Both the position numbers and the translations under genes were made by a program. This document shows, piece after piece, positions 23,461-37,540 of a stretch of DNA of 64,000 bases (position 1 is the stretch's first letter; the number at the start of each line of letters is the position of its first letter). The notes beneath the pieces were generated by a model. It ran no database searches. It was given only the letters and a program-made list of their open reading frames with translations, and had not been told where the DNA came from. This DNA is from Camelus dromedarius (lineage: Eukaryota): assembly GCF_036321535.1 (NCBI RefSeq), contig NC_087437.1, positions 29,762,001 to 29,826,000 of the forward strand, read 5' to 3'.

Positions 23461-25431
23461 AAGTTAAGCTAGCAAGTTATTTGGCATGTTGTAAGTAAAC
23501 TGAAAGTTTGCTTCCATTGTTTTTATTTTCAGTTATTTGATTTGTGGATAATGTCTTGTTCTGAATGGCTCCTTTGAGCTATCAGATTCACTCCTGCTGG
23601 CATCCCAGAAAAGGGGATCTTCAACCTCTCACTGTTCACACAGTTAACACTCACTCTCTTGATCCAATTTCTTCTCAATACTCCGTGTTCTCATCTCAGA
23701 ACTCATTTCCTGTTTACTGCCCTAAGCTCCTCCAGACCTGGTGCTCAGTCTGCTATGACCCTCCCTTTCTTTCTTATTACTTGTGCTCTTCCTCCAGCTC
23801 ACTGGATTCATTTGTTCAGAGTAGACATTTCCCCCATATCCCTGACTTGGCACAATCTAACTATGGCAAGGATCAACATATCCCCAGCAATGAGATGGAA
23901 ATATCAGGTTATCAAGGCCATGGTTCCAGATTTGCATCAGAATTCAATCGCAGGAAAGACAGCTGAGTCGCACAGTAATCTCTTGGTATTACTTCTCCAA
24001 TAACGAGAATCATCTGCTATGCTTAATATGAGTCCTGGATATGTGGCCTGTTATTTGGGGTCTAGCACAATCCTTGGCCAACAAAAGCTACTTATAAGTT
24101 TGTTAAGTTGTCTTAAACACTATGATTTCTTATCAGGATCATGCATAAGTCAATTTTCTATGCTTTCTCAAAAGCTGATTTACTTTTTTTACATGAAATT
24201 TCCTAGATTTTGTATATAAATACAAATAACTTGAAGCTGTTTTTTGAATTTGAATAAATGTCACAAAAGTGTCACATAGAAAATCAAGCAGCAGGGTTTT
24301 ATAGAAGAGAGGTATAGGAATTTTCTCTTTAACAAAGAAAAATAATAATTTAAAAAGCCTTATAAGGTAGGTAACAACGTTGTCAAGCTGTGTACTTCTT
24401 ATACATATTTATAATGGTTGAATAAAAACAAGAGGCAAAAGTAAGGGTGTTTCTTTTAAGATGTCATTGTGAAGTACTAATTTATAATTAAGGTAATAAA
24501 TACATAGTAAAACAACTTTAAAAAAATCTTTAGAACGTAGAAAGGGCAGGAACACATCATTGATACAAAATTTTCCTTGAAGGATGTCTCCTCCCATGAT
24601 CCCTGAGTGCTTTGGTGTCCTTAAAAAAAAACTTGTATATAAACCTCACCTTTGTATGTACTAGACTCAGGATTGATCTTCTAAAGAGATCAGCTCTTCT
24701 GCACACCACACAAGATTGGTGTCCTTTTTCCTCTATTTCTAGAGTATAGATAAGTATTTTCTTCCCAGCTATTACTTTTCCATTAGTGTAGATGAGGTAC
24801 GTGTTGTTCATTTTAGGACTCTCTGCCTCCTAGAAACTGATGGTTGCTCTATTTCAACCAACCATGTGTTGTTGTTTTTTTAAGCAAGTATATTGGGTAA
24901 TATTATTTTGGTTGTTAGTCAGAAAAAGTTAATTCAATCTAGAATATACAAAGAAAAAATGGGGGTCGGGGGGTGGAGTAGAGTAGAAAACTGATTTCCA
25001 TGAGACTGGGTAAGTCAGGGCTACTTTCCTGACAGGAGTAGATCTTCCTTAAGAAATGACTTCCCTTAGGAACTCAACCTTGTCTATGTGGTTCTCTCCA
25101 TTCTTTGGCTTTGCTTCTCTCAGTAAATCTTAGTTCTATTCTCTCCCACTATCGATGGCATCCTCCTTGCAGCAGGGGAAGGAGAAGCATGGCTGCAGAC
25201 GACTCCAGGTATAAATTGTTTAAGTTAGTGAGCTCAGAGGGGAAGCTCGTCCTCTCAGTATCCACATACAAAATTCTAGGGCAGTAAGATGGAATCCACA
25301 GTTCTTGATTGTTAGACACGAGAAGTGCATGGAATAGAGGGGTATCAGTTCACCAGTATCAGGAGATGCCATGACATGAAGAAGTGGGTGACAGCTACTA
25401 GCCAGATGAAAACAGATGTCCTGGTTACTGG

Positions 25432-25954
25432 TGTGGCAGATGCTGTTGGTGTCCACCCCCTATCTCTTGGTCTGACTCTTAAGTTCACCCTTTGCTGTGA
25501 TAAATGGTTTCTGGCACACTGGCATCTCCCTATCTCAAGTTCCTGGCTCTCCCCGTTCCTCTGCCTGATGGCTTTCTCCACATTGTGGTAGCTTGCGCCA
25601 CCACAGACAGACAGGACACAAAGGAGTGTTGGTGAGTTAACCTCTACGGATGGAGTCAGCCCTCACCAAGTGGAGATAGGACATGGAAGGGAAAGTCCTA
25701 GCTTTCCCAGTGTACAAGGGGGGACAAATCTGAGGCATGATCCACACGGTTTCTCAGATGTCCCCTGTGGGACTGAACCCCTTTTGCCTACAATGGTGGC
25801 TGGCTTATTAACATGGCTAATTGACATTATTAATTCCCCTTCTTCCCCTGTTTCATTTCTCTACTTCCTTGCTTGGCTCCTGAGTTCACATCCCAAATAA
25901 GCCTCCTCAACCCTTATCTCAAGGTCAGCTTTGGAGAGAACCAAAAGGAAGACA
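25432..25954 (+). mobile_element. ERVL solo LTR (LTR16-like)
   Basis: TG...CA: 'tgtggcagatgctgttggtgtccacc...cccaaataagcc...cttatctcaaggtcagctttggagagaaccaaaaggaagaca'. Confidence 0.75.
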
Positions 25955-26611
25955 ACCAAGTTTTCTATTCAACTTGCCAGACAGTAACTGTAATAAATAC
26001 TGGGACTATAATTAACAAGATAGGTAGAGTCTTTCTGAAAAAGGATAACAAGGAAATTCAGCTTCTAATTATAAATGTCAACATATTAGTCTCATGTGCA
26101 CTCTTCATGTCAATTAAAAGAAAGGGATTGATTACAGAGATTTGCCTCACTTATTGGTGTATTGGCTATATATAGATATTTATCTAGGTATATTAAAAGT
26201 TTTATTTTAGAATATTTAAGTGACTAATATATTTATGTCTTCCTTTGCCCTCCATTATAAAATTAGAGCTTAAATCCCTCTCAAAATCTTTGTCCTCAAT
26301 TCCAAGAATAAATCAAAATTAGGAGTGCTGTAAATGGACTCAGGCCCAGCCCGTTTCTTAGCCCATCTTCCTCCTATCGAATTTATTGCCATCTGCACAC
26401 TCAACTTTCACATTAAATTCAACCAATCCTAATCCTTAGCAAAAGAAATTTGAATAATTTTTGCCCAGTACCTTAGGATTCAACATCAGAACTTCTCTAA
26501 CCTCAGGTCACCCAAGTCATTATAAGACTTTGGTCTTATCCCTGAGCTTAGTGCCCACTATGAATCACCTTGTAACAACTGGGCTTCTTCATTATACCTG
26601 GCCAGCATCTA

Positions 26612-27080
26612 ATGTATCAGATGCTTTCAATCACAAGTGACAGAAAACTCAACCCAAATGTCTGCAACTAGAAAAGAATTCATTGGTCTAGGCAACTAAA
26701 ATGTCCAGGGGTAATGCTGTCTTTAGGCATCACAAGAGTCTAGGTTTACTGTATCCTTAGGGCTTTGTCTTCATTTTCCTACCAATTTCCAGTCTTCCAT
26801 GTCAGCTTTTTCTTCAGTATGGTTCCCCTCACCATACTAGAACTGACTGCAGTAACGCCAAAGAGAGTACCTGCATCTAGCAGTCTTAGCTTAAGTCCCA
26901 GTGTTCACTATGATCCAACTTAAGTCATAGACAGTATGCTGCTTGGTTTAGCCACTCAGGGCTCACCCCAGGAGCTGGTGGGGTCAATTCCATGTTCATC
27001 ATCTGGATGGCTTCCCTAAGGAGACCTATGGTAAGAAAAAAGGGAATAGAGGCTGGGCACCGTGGCCGAGTGTCCACTGA
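26612..27080 (-). mobile_element. MaLR LTR (MLT1J/K-like)
   Basis: 'atgctttcaatcacaagtgacagaaaactcaacccaaa...aagggaatagaggctgggca...tgtccact'. Confidence 0.7.
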
Positions 27081-27093
27081 ACATACATCCTAG

Positions 27094-27133
27094 TTCTGTG
27101 GGTCAGTAATTTCTGCGGGTCAGTAATTTCTGC
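27094..27133. repeat. 17-bp tandem duplication (ttctg[t/c]gggtcagtaat x2.3)
   Basis: Direct reading. Confidence 0.9.
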
Positions 27134-29054
27134 CTTGATCCCTGGACCTTAGTCTTTTTTATCTTAGTTACCTTCTTATCCATGCTGCCTAGCGCTGGGT
27201 CTTGCCTTGTTCTTGCCAACACCCCTGCTAGGAAGCTGGGTACTGAAGTCTACTAACTTCACAGAGGTTGAATGTCTGGGCTTCTGACCATAGAACATCA
27301 CTTGATTTCTTCTTACTCCACCCCGTGAATCTCTGAGGATAGCTTTTTGAAACTCTAACACTTCATTTTTCTTATACTATACCATTTTGGCTACCCTAAC
27401 TTGTTTGTCAGATTGATCCACTTGGTATCTGCCACCTGGTTTGTTCATAGGCCAAGTGTCAGAGCTGTCTCCAGCTCCACACTAATCCACCTGCCATAGT
27501 TTGTCAAGGTGCTGCTGGGCCAGATCCAATCTATGTTATTAAAAAACAAATAGATGAACAAAAATTTTAAACCTTAAAATTATTTATTTAGAAAGAAGGA
27601 AAATCTAATAAGAACATAAATGAGGTTATTCAAAATAATTTACAGAGGTTATTTTTAAAAATAACTGATTTAGACTCTTTTCTAAAAAGAACAGCGGTAA
27701 TTACAGAGTGCTTTAACAAAGGTAATTACATTATGAACAAGTGACATTTTAAGCAAAGTATTCTCAGAGATATTTATGGTCATGAAACTAGAATGCCACT
27801 GAGTAACCTTTCAAGGTTCCTTCCAAATATGCCAGGCCTTAGAATAGGTTCAAATAATTTGTACATGGCTCATCTGTTTATTTAAGTCCATACTTCTAAA
27901 GTGTTTGAGAACAGCTTGTTCTTTTTTCTCATCTTAAACATCTCATCTGCAGACTAATTTATAACATTAAGCTGCTTTAAAATTCTTTCACTCTGTCTTA
28001 AATAGTTCAAAAACAAATTTTACCCCATGTCCCATCTGGTTTGTTATAAACTATGAATTAGCCAAGGCCAAAATTACTAACATTTTACAGAACCAGGAAC
28101 TAGCTCTTGGAATGATAATTCTGAGTGGCTAAGGCACGTTGTGCAGTTTCCCAGTGCTGAAGTTTGTGTCTCCCCATCAAGGTATACGTTCCCTCCTAAA
28201 ATATCTCTCTTACATCTTTCATCAAAAGAAAGAAAAATAAACAGAATTAAAAATAATGCGCTATAGTGATGGACTCAGAACAATGTGATCCTTCTGTCTC
28301 AGGAAGGAACCTCCATGTTGCTCACATAAATGATTGTTAAATTGCTAATTAATCTAGTTTAACAAGTTTGTGATTGTACATTTATTCAGGATTCTTTTTA
28401 ATGGGATATATCTGTATCAAGAACAAAATGTTACCCTTTTCATAAAAAAGAAAAAGAAAGTAGACTTTGAGATCTCAAAAAGATCGTGAAGATCTTCAGA
28501 TGCAACCATACATCTGAATGATTTTTTCAAGAGTTTTTCTAAAAGATTTAATTATCTCAATGCTGAAATATGCATATAAACGTTGTCTATTATCTCCTGA
28601 CAATAAAAACTGTTTCTCTTACTAAGGAAAAGGCAGTTTTATCTGATGATCAGATAAACACTCGATATATTTTCCAAGTCTGAGAAGCAAATAAAAGAAT
28701 AAGTATATTGTCGATCTCGTTTAATGTTGGCTGAACAAGGTACTCTTGTAATTTTGAAATACTCTTTCCTATCAGGTAATGTGATTATTTTGTAAGGAAA
28801 TAAGTTTTTTCATGATTTGGCAAAACAATCTTTTTCTGCTTCTCTGAACGTCCTCACTCCGAAGTGGAACTATTAAAGCATTTATTGTTTTCCAAAACAT
28901 GAGGCATCATAAGGAAGGCATAGAGGTCGCCTCAGCCTCAGGCTATGCTTTTTGGGAAACCCAGACTGAGAGATCCTTTTGTGCTTCCCCCTTCCTTTTT
29001 TTTTTTTTTTTAACTTAAATTGTTTTTATTGCCCTCAAAGACCACCTTATCATA

Positions 29055-29500
29055 CTACTCATTTTTTGGTTGCAAGTGATAGAAAAACAAACCTGAGCCA
29101 AGTTACCCAAAGAAATCGGAAGGATGAAAGGATTCTGGAGTATTTCCCACAATAGGAGGGAGGATGTGGCCTCATGAAAACTGGAAAGAACTCTCTCTCT
29201 CTCCTTCCTTCCCTCTCTCCCTCTGTCTCATCCTCATTCTCATCTTTGCACTTATTGGCATAGCAGCTTCATTTTCTCTACTGTGGTCCAGTTTCTTCCA
29301 TATCATGGAAGACATAGTGGATAAAAGTTCTCAGTACATGTTTCCCACAGCTCCTACACCCCCAGTGTGATTGCTTCTGGTCCTTAAAATTCATTATGAG
29401 AATTCTCAAGAGAGGAATCTAACTGACCTGGCTTACATTGGGTCAGCGAGGGAGGGGAAGGAAAGAAGGTCACAGAGCACTGATAAGAAGGAGAAACCTT
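29055..29500 (-). mobile_element. MaLR LTR fragment (old MLT1)
   Basis: 'ttttggttgcaagtgatagaaaaacaaacctgagccaagtta'. Confidence 0.55.
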
Positions 29501-29639
29501 GTGGGACAGGATGGACAGGGTCTGCAAGGCCCAGTCCTGATGTTACTTCCTGCATGAACTTCCTCTCCTCCTGAAAGGCATCATGTGATCATTTTAAAAG
29601 CCCCATGCATCCAGCACAAAGTGACACAAAGTGACAGCT

Positions 29640-29990
29640 ATGAATTCTTCACATGTATACCTTTCTGAGCCTCAAATTCATTATCTGTGAGGTAGGTATA
29701 CTAATGCCCATCTTTGTGAGAGAAGTAATTTTTAAAGTGCCTAGCATGTAATAGGTATTCAACAAATTCCATCAGCCAAAAGTCATATCTCCCTTGAACA
29801 TGTACACAATATAACACACCTTTGTATCACTATATCTTTGTCACGATTTGCTTGTATGTATTTTATCTCCCCTATTTGACCCAATATTCCCGAAGGGCAA
29901 GGAGTGTCTTATTTCTATTCTGAGCTCTGTTAACCCTAGTACATTATCCAACACATTGGAGTAAAAGAATAAACATTTGTCAAAAGAGTA
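29640..29990 (+). mobile_element. MIR fragment followed by an L2 3' end
   Basis: 'tttctgagcctcaaattcattatctgtga'; 'ttatctcccctatttgac...gaagggcaaggagtgtctt'. Confidence 0.65.
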
Positions 29991-32900
29991 ACTTTAACTG
30001 TATTCAGTGAGATGATCTGGTTTTTATTTGTGGATTTTTACCACTTTTTGAAAATGATTAGTTCTTCCTCCGAGTCAAGCAAAAGTTTTTTTTTTCCTCA
30101 ACTGCTTTGTAGGGAAAACTCTTCCTTCTTTCAAAAAGTACCAAATGCCTTTTGTGTAGCAGGTACTGTTGCAAGTACCAAGTATTAAAAACTGAATGAG
30201 ACTATTTCTGCCCCGAAAGAGTTGAATTTTAACTCATTGATGTAGGTATTTAATATCCAGATGTATCTTTCTATATAGTGCACTCCACATGTTCCTCATA
30301 AGCTGAAAAAATGAATATCTTTAAAGTTGGCTCCTTCCCTATTCCATGTTGCCTTCAAATCCACACCCATGATGCAAGTGGAAACTGTTCATGTGTGTTT
30401 GATTACGTGAAAATAGCTTATGTATTTTCTTCTATTAATTACAGTGACTCTAAAATTTATAAACTATTTCCTTCTTCATCCCATTTGCCATATCCTCACA
30501 ATACTAGTTACATATCCTTGCTTTAACATAGCACAGAAATATTTGAGATTTATCAATATGGGACTTTAGTCACATTAGTTTTCAAGGTTTTATGTATTAA
30601 ATTTCTTATTTCTCAAAAAAAATTTTAAAAAGGTTTGTTTATACGAACAATGTAAAGAACTTATTTTAACCAAAGAATGTCAAAGTCTTTCAGTTAAACT
30701 GAAAGAAACAAGTTATTCTGATATAGCCTGTTTCACTCTTTAAGGGTTAGATTCATGTTTTCTTTGACTGTTGCAATGTATTCACTGCAATTTAGCCAGT
30801 TCTGTGGCACTGGATGAAATAAAGAATCCCATCCAGTCTGAACACCTTAAACCAAGTGAGCCTCACTTCATTCACCAAGATGTCGATTCTGCTTGAAGCT
30901 GAGAACACCAAACCAGTCTCTGTTTTGTTTCTCCTTTCTTACATCAGGACAACCCTTTATGATTTGTAATAAACAGAACCATTCCAAACATCTGATCTGG
31001 ACATCCCCGGCATTGCCTGGACCTGTCAACTGCAAAGGAGTCTGCTTAGAAACATGTCCCTGTAGAGCTGGAAGGAGCCATGGAGATCAAGAGGTCCAGG
31101 GCCTTCGCTTTGCAGATGAGGACAAAGCTCTGGCAAGATGAGCATTGAAATGCATGAGTGACCTGCCCAAGTACACACACAAGTCAGTGAAGGAGCCTGG
31201 ATGAAAGGCCACATGAGCTGTTTTAGGAGGGAGGCCTGCTAGCTCTCTTCAGTTCACCATTACTCCCCACCCAAGACAAAATTCTGAAATGAAGGAAAAA
31301 TATCTTGGTCCTACTATTCCCTGAGTGTTTTCATATGGTCCCACACCTCAGCAGACCAGCTTTTCTGGGGCATGACAAAGATTCACATTCTTTCTTTTCC
31401 ACCATCAGAATGCCTTTCCAGCCGCATTGGTTAAACCAGTCCATCGTTCACTGTACATTTAATCCTTGCAAAGATTTAATCCTTCCAGGAAGGTCTGCTT
31501 GTTAAAAAAAAAAAAAAATTGGTTAGCCTCGAGGAAGGACTCTAATGATAGCATGAGGACAAGATCAGGGTCAGGTTTTGGCAGCAGCTTTAAAGTTTCT
31601 GTAGAATAAATTTTAGCTGGAGGCTGCTCCAGAATCTTTAAGTAAGAGGCCCTCAGAGGAGCCATTCTGGTGGAAAGAGGGTACTGTGGGGCTTTTCATG
31701 AACCTGTACTTGACTAGCAAACCCAGTTTTTACATAGATTTTACAGGAAGTGTACTTGGATTGACTTTGGGGACAATGATAGAAATCAGGCCAAGCCACC
31801 TCTCGGACACAACAACTGATTATAGTACTTTTCAAAACTAGTAGTATTTGGTCATAGGAGCTGATCCAACATCTTATCTCACTTTTCTCCCAAATTCCTG
31901 GCTTGCCAATCCTGGTCATGGTTGTCTAAACCTTTTCCTGAAGTAAAAACAGTCAGCATAAGCCACAAGTACTGGCCTCAAAACACTCTGTATATTTTAA
32001 AAAGCAGTTTTAACAGGAGTAGAGAACAACACCAGTTTATGCAGAACTGGCTCAACCATTTTTCATTTTATGAATTGATTGGAAAAACAGAAATTTAATA
32101 TTATAACTTACATGTATTTTGCATACTTTGGAAGAAGGGAGTAAAAGACATTGATTAACATATCAGACTAGAGATCTGATACCAGCTCAGGATTCTGCCT
32201 GATCCCATCCTGACATACAGTCTATAGTGACAGGTAAATAGGGGACAATATTTTGGGGCAGTGGATCAATCCACACTGTGGAGGAGGTAATCCTCTGCCT
32301 CCAGAGAGCCAAACTAAATGTCAATCACTGTCACCAGGCCTCAAATAACTAGAGCAAATTATAGATACTTCAAATCCTGCACTGAATCTTAATCATATTA
32401 TCTTCTTCCCTCTGCCTCCCTCCCAGATCCCAGTGCAAAATAGGTGCTTAATAAATGTTTCCTAAGTGGAAAAATAAATCAGAGTTCTGAACTTAGTTTA
32501 TTAGCAACTCTTCCAAAAACATCATAGAGGATGAACCATTTCTCTAATCTATATCTCAGTGGGCCCAGTTATTATAAAAGATTATTCTTTTCATTTATAT
32601 ATATGCTCCATTTGCTTCTTATTAATTATATAATTTTAAAGTAATTTTCTATTACTATCTTTCTCACAAAAGGAATTAAAAATAAAAGAAAAAGGAAAAT
32701 TGTGATAATCAAAGAAGGAAAATGCTCATATATGTTTTAGGAAAAGTATGCTACTTCTGATTTCATATTTAAGCTTTTTCATAGGCATAAGTTCCTAAAG
32801 ACTTATGTACGTTTTTCCTTATTTTGTTAAATTGTATTATATATTTTAGATAGCCATATTTAATAAGACAGCACTCTGGATAGTTCTGAAAAAACATCTC

Positions 32901-33364
32901 TCTCACCATGGTTTGTAAATTTGACTTGATGGATGTACAGCCAGTATCTCACCTGTCTGGCCTTCAGTCTAGATCTCAAGTTTGCACGTGTAGCTTCTTG
33001 GCAGAAGAAAAGGACTAGCACGTGTCTAGCTTTACTGTGACACCACCCCCAACCCTGAGCTGTCACTCTGGCTTTGGTTCCCCCTTTAATTCTTAAAACT
33101 TTTCAAAGCCTTTCTCATCCGAGCTCTTAACACTTCATTATCTCTAGGACTACGTTGGGTCTCTTCTTCTTGCGGTTTAACAGGTGGCATGAATTACAAG
33201 GGCTGAGGGTTCTCACTGCTCTACCTAGGGTAGCAAGTCTCTTGATCATCTTCGTCCACTTCACAGCCATGAAGATATGCTGACCATCATCCTCTCATAC
33301 ACTGAGAACCAAATAGCCTTTCTCCAAAATTCGCTGATCTTCGCATTTCAGAGCTTAATGATTT

Positions 33365-33598
33365 AGAAGCATTAGATCTGGACTCAGACTAGTGGGTTCA
33401 AATCCCAATTTACCACTTAGCCATCATATGACCTTGGGCAAATTAGCCTCTCTGGGCGATTGTTCCTCACTTGTAACATGGGGATAATGAAAAATAGTAT
33501 TGCTGCCAAAGGGTTGTTTTGAGGATCAAAGGAAATAATGTGTGTAAAGGACTTAAAATATAGTACACAAGGTAAACTCTTAAACCTGTTACTGTTAG
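33365..33598 (+). mobile_element. MIR SINE
   Basis: 'gggttcaaatccca...tgaccttgggcaaatta...cctcacttgtaacatggggataat'. Confidence 0.85.
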
Positions 33599-34444
33599 CA
33601 TTTCCCCCTTTTTAGGATATGTATGACAGTTATAGATTCACAAGATTTACAAATGGAAGAAACTGGAAAAACAACTAGTTCAGAGCTAGAAATATTCAAA
33701 TATTTTTTGAGTATAGATACCAGATAGGCAATATGATTGAAGTAAACTTGTGGGATAGGAGGATGGGAGGTATGTGACCTAGCTAAGAGGGACAGCAGCT
33801 TCTCAAGGTGTGGTCAGGAGCCTGGTGTTAACAGATCTTCCAGTTTTTCAAGAAAAGCTAGAAATCCAGGTTTGTGTGTAATCCCAATGCTCAAATGTTG
33901 ACAGAATTCAGATTTTTATAAAATGCTTCACTGGTTTCTTTAAAAAAATATATAGCAGTAAATCATAGCATGGTAGCTTCTATTTTAGAGCCTCTAATCT
34001 GATTGAATTTCATTTGAAAACTAAGAAGACAGGATTAAATGTGTCATGCCAAAAAACACACACAACTAGTACACAGCGAAACGCTGACAAAGCTCATGTC
34101 TCTCATGCCATAGTCCAGGGATCTTTGGCATCCTTTAATTTTTGACATGGAAGAGGTGCTTTTATCCTCTTTACATCTAATCTGTCACTAGGTGCTGTTA
34201 TTCTGTACTTTCTGGTTCATTCTCATGGCCACCATGCTCCTGGGTCCCCATTGTCTTGTAATCTCACCAGAGGCTCTCCCAACCTAATCCACTCTACCTG
34301 TTGGCTAAAATCTGACTGATCTTAATGATCACACCTCTGTTCTAAGTCCTTCCAAAATTCTACACCAGAGCCAAGTGCACTGGCCTGTCTTTCAATCATC
34401 TAGCCTCAAACTGATTTCCTTTTGCTGGCCTGCATCCTAGTTCC

Positions 34445-34630
34445 TCCATGAACAAGATGTGGCACCTTGGGTGAGTTAGTCACTTTATGTCAGCATTCCT
34501 CTAAGTAAGAGAAAAATAATGAGAGTATAATAATAGCACCCAACTCACAGTGTTGTTACGGATATTAAATCAGTTAATCCATGTAAAGTGCTGCACGTAC
34601 AGCAAGCGCTATGGAGTGCTGGCTTTTTAT
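34445..34630 (+). mobile_element. MIR fragment
   Basis: 'accttgggtgagttagtcac...ctcacagtgttgttacggatattaaat...gtaaagtgct'. Confidence 0.75.
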
Positions 34631-35299
34631 GAGGGTACCTGTGTTCTTTCTCCTACCAACCAATTCTAAGTGTCTCTAGAACATAATCTATGTCTAACTG
34701 GTCTATGCTCTTCTTACTCAATTATTAAGCACATATTACTCATTAAGTATTTGTTCACAAAAAAAGTGACTGAATATGTGAGTAAATTAAGAATCCGTAT
34801 AATCAAATAGACATGTTCATGGACCACAAATGGAGCAGAAATGGAAAGTTGTGAGTGAATTCAAGATCTGTTGGGCTCCAAGGACAGAAACAGGCAGAGG
34901 TTATGTGGATTTTGTCTCCTGCCAGGTAATGTTGACTTAAAATTTTTCATGTGAGTGATGAGTTGGGGAGACAGCAACCAGAGCCAGGTTCACTGTGCAA
35001 GTAAGTGCCATGGATGGAGTCCCCTTATTTGTAAAAGGAGGCTTTAGAAAATTGTCCTGCTGCCTAAGATTACAACTTAGCTTGGACCAGGGAGGTAAGA
35101 GAACATAGGCTCAGCCTCATGGTTGGAAACTGAACAAGCCACTGGCTATTTCTGTGGCTTCTGGTATCCTTAACAGTACTGAAGCATAGGAGCCCCAAAT
35201 CACCATTATTAAACCTAGTTCTGGATTGTGGGCATAAGGGAAGCCATTGGAGGTTTTGAACAGGAGAATGCCATCATCTGATCCATATTAGAAGATTTT

Positions 35300-37076
35300 T
35301 TTTCCCTGTGTCTTGTGTTTTCAAAAGTTTATAATATGTCAGAGTAGATTTTTTTGCATTTATCCTATTTATGTTTGACTCATCTTGAATCTTTAAGTTT
35401 ACATCTTTTCCCAACTTTGGAAAGTTTTTAACCATTATTTCTTCTAAAACTTCAGTCCCACTCTCTCTCCTTGCCTTCTGGGACTCCTATGATATAAATG
35501 TTAGGTCTTTGTTATTATCTCACAGGTCTCTAAGACTCTGTTCATTTATTTTTTCAGACTGTTTCCCCTCTGATATTCAGAGAGTTTGGAGAGTTTGGAT
35601 AAATTCTGCTAATCTATCCTCAATTTACTGATTTTTATCCTCTGCCATCTTCAAGCTGCTATTGAGCCCATCGATAAGAGTTTTATATTTCACTTATTAT
35701 ATTTTTCCATCTATAACTTCCATCTGGTTCTTTTTTATGATTTCTATTTCTTTACTGTTATTTTCCACTTTTCACTTGTTTCAAGAGAATTTGTTATTGT
35801 TTGTTGAGACATTTTATGAAGGCTATTTTAAATCTGTGTCAACTCATCCCAATGTCGAATTCTTATTGGTGTTCACATCTGTTGATTTTCTCTTCTCATT
35901 CAAGTTATGATTTGTTGTTATGACAATTGATTTTCATTTTCCATTGCACTCTGAACATTCTGGATATTGTATTATGAGATTCCATATCCTTTTTAATCTT
36001 CTTTTTTAGCAAGCAGTCTCCCTGTGGAAATGTAGTGCAAGAGCTAAGTGGTTATGCATGTTGTGCTTTCCCCTGGGCCCTGCCAACAACACCCCCAAAA
36101 AGTGGAACACAGACTCACACTGCCTTACTGTAGATGGGCAGAGGAGGGAGCTCAGCCTTGCTGACACACCCTCCTATGGAAAGTGAAAAACCAACTGGCT
36201 CTCTCATTGCATCTGAGTTGAGCATCTGAGGGGTGAGCTCAGCTCCCCGTTTGGCCCTACTGACCTCAGGGAAGGGGAAATCAGGGGCAGAGTCCCAGGC
36301 TTTGTTGCTGCAGGATCTGGGCAAAAGCTCTGAGCCCCACCAAGCCCAGCTGATACTTGTGGTGCAGAGTAATGAAGTACTGATCCTTTCAGTCTCCTTG
36401 CCAGATGGGAGTGGAGGCTCAGCTTGCCCCTGGACCTCCCTGATACTACCCCGGCAGGAGAATGGGAGAAATGTCTGCTTCTGGTGGAAAGATCAGCTCC
36501 TCGTTCAGCCCAGCCAGCACTACCCAAGCAGGGGGAGCAGAGCATCAACTGCTTCCACTGAGAGGGAGATGGAAGCTCAACTCCCCACACAGTCTTACTG
36601 ATTTTACCCCAGCAGACAAGAGTATCAGAGCACCATTATGTGCTTCTATGGGGGTGGGGACAGACAAGGTATGGAAAATCAGCTTCCTGTTTGACCCCAC
36701 TGAAGCCATAGGAAGGCAGGCAGTTTTTCTGTTGGTGTTTGGCTGGAGTAGAGCAGGTATTGCCAAAAAGATTTCCTGTTGTTAGGCCATCTTTTTCCTG
36801 ATCCTTTGGCTATGGAAACAGGCTATTTCTGGGAGCCTTTTTGTCTGTGCCTGTTGGCAGTTCCAGTTTGGAGGGAACAACCTGTCTGGAACACAAAAGA
36901 GGCAATAAAGAAACTCAAGGACCCTTTGCTATGTCCTTCCTCAAATCCCGAGGTCCTTAGAACTTTCTGCCTTCTTTTCACCTTTCAGAATCTTTCTGTG
37001 CTTATTTGTTGTGTTATCTTGAGGGTTTTTTAGTTTCAAGAGGCGGGCCTGGAAAGAATGAATATCCCCCATCTTG
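35300..37076 (-). mobile_element. Old L1 (L1M4/L1MB-like) 5'UTR plus ORF1 remnant, antisense
   Basis: Antisense ORF1 'ccttctgggactcctatgatataaatgttagg...ctctaagactctgttca'. Ends in 'ccccatcttg', the reverse complement of an L1 5' end. Confidence 0.8.
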
Positions 37077-37084
37077 AATATCAT

Positions 37085-37540
37085 TCATATTTTTAACTGA
37101 ATACTGTAACAAACAAAATGTAAAAAGATGTTTTTGAGACAAAGAACTTTTAATACAGAGTGAAGAGTAGATGATATTGAGGGATTATTTTTAATTCGGT
37201 GTGTTGTACTGGTGCTATGGCTATATAAGAAAATATCCTTATTCTTTATTCTTTAGAAATGTTTCCGAAATAGAGATGAAATTTTATGTCAAGAATTTCC
37301 TGTAAAATATACCTGCAAAAATAAATAAGTAACAATAAGAGGTAGAAAGAAGGTGAAAGAAAAGTGAGGTAGGGAGGAAGAGAGGAAGCGGGGGAGGAAG
37401 GAAGAGAGGAGGATGGAAGGAAGGCATAGATTAAGCAAGGAAGCAAGTATGGCAAGAAGCTGGTAATTGTTGATTCTGGCTCATTATACTATTTTTTTTC
37501 TACTTCGAGCTATGGCTAAAATTTTTATTTTAAAAATTGC
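37085..37540 (+). mobile_element. Old L1 3'UTR (L1MC4/5 or L1ME4-like) with a purine-rich tract
   Basis: 'agtagatgatattgagggattattt', 'gtatggcaagaagctggtaattgttgattctgg...tcattatactatt'. Confidence 0.7.

Noticed and set aside
30915..31141. Polypyrimidine acceptor and 82-aa ORF
   Set aside because: No matching donor, the downstream part looks MIR-derived, and the peptide is unrecognisable.
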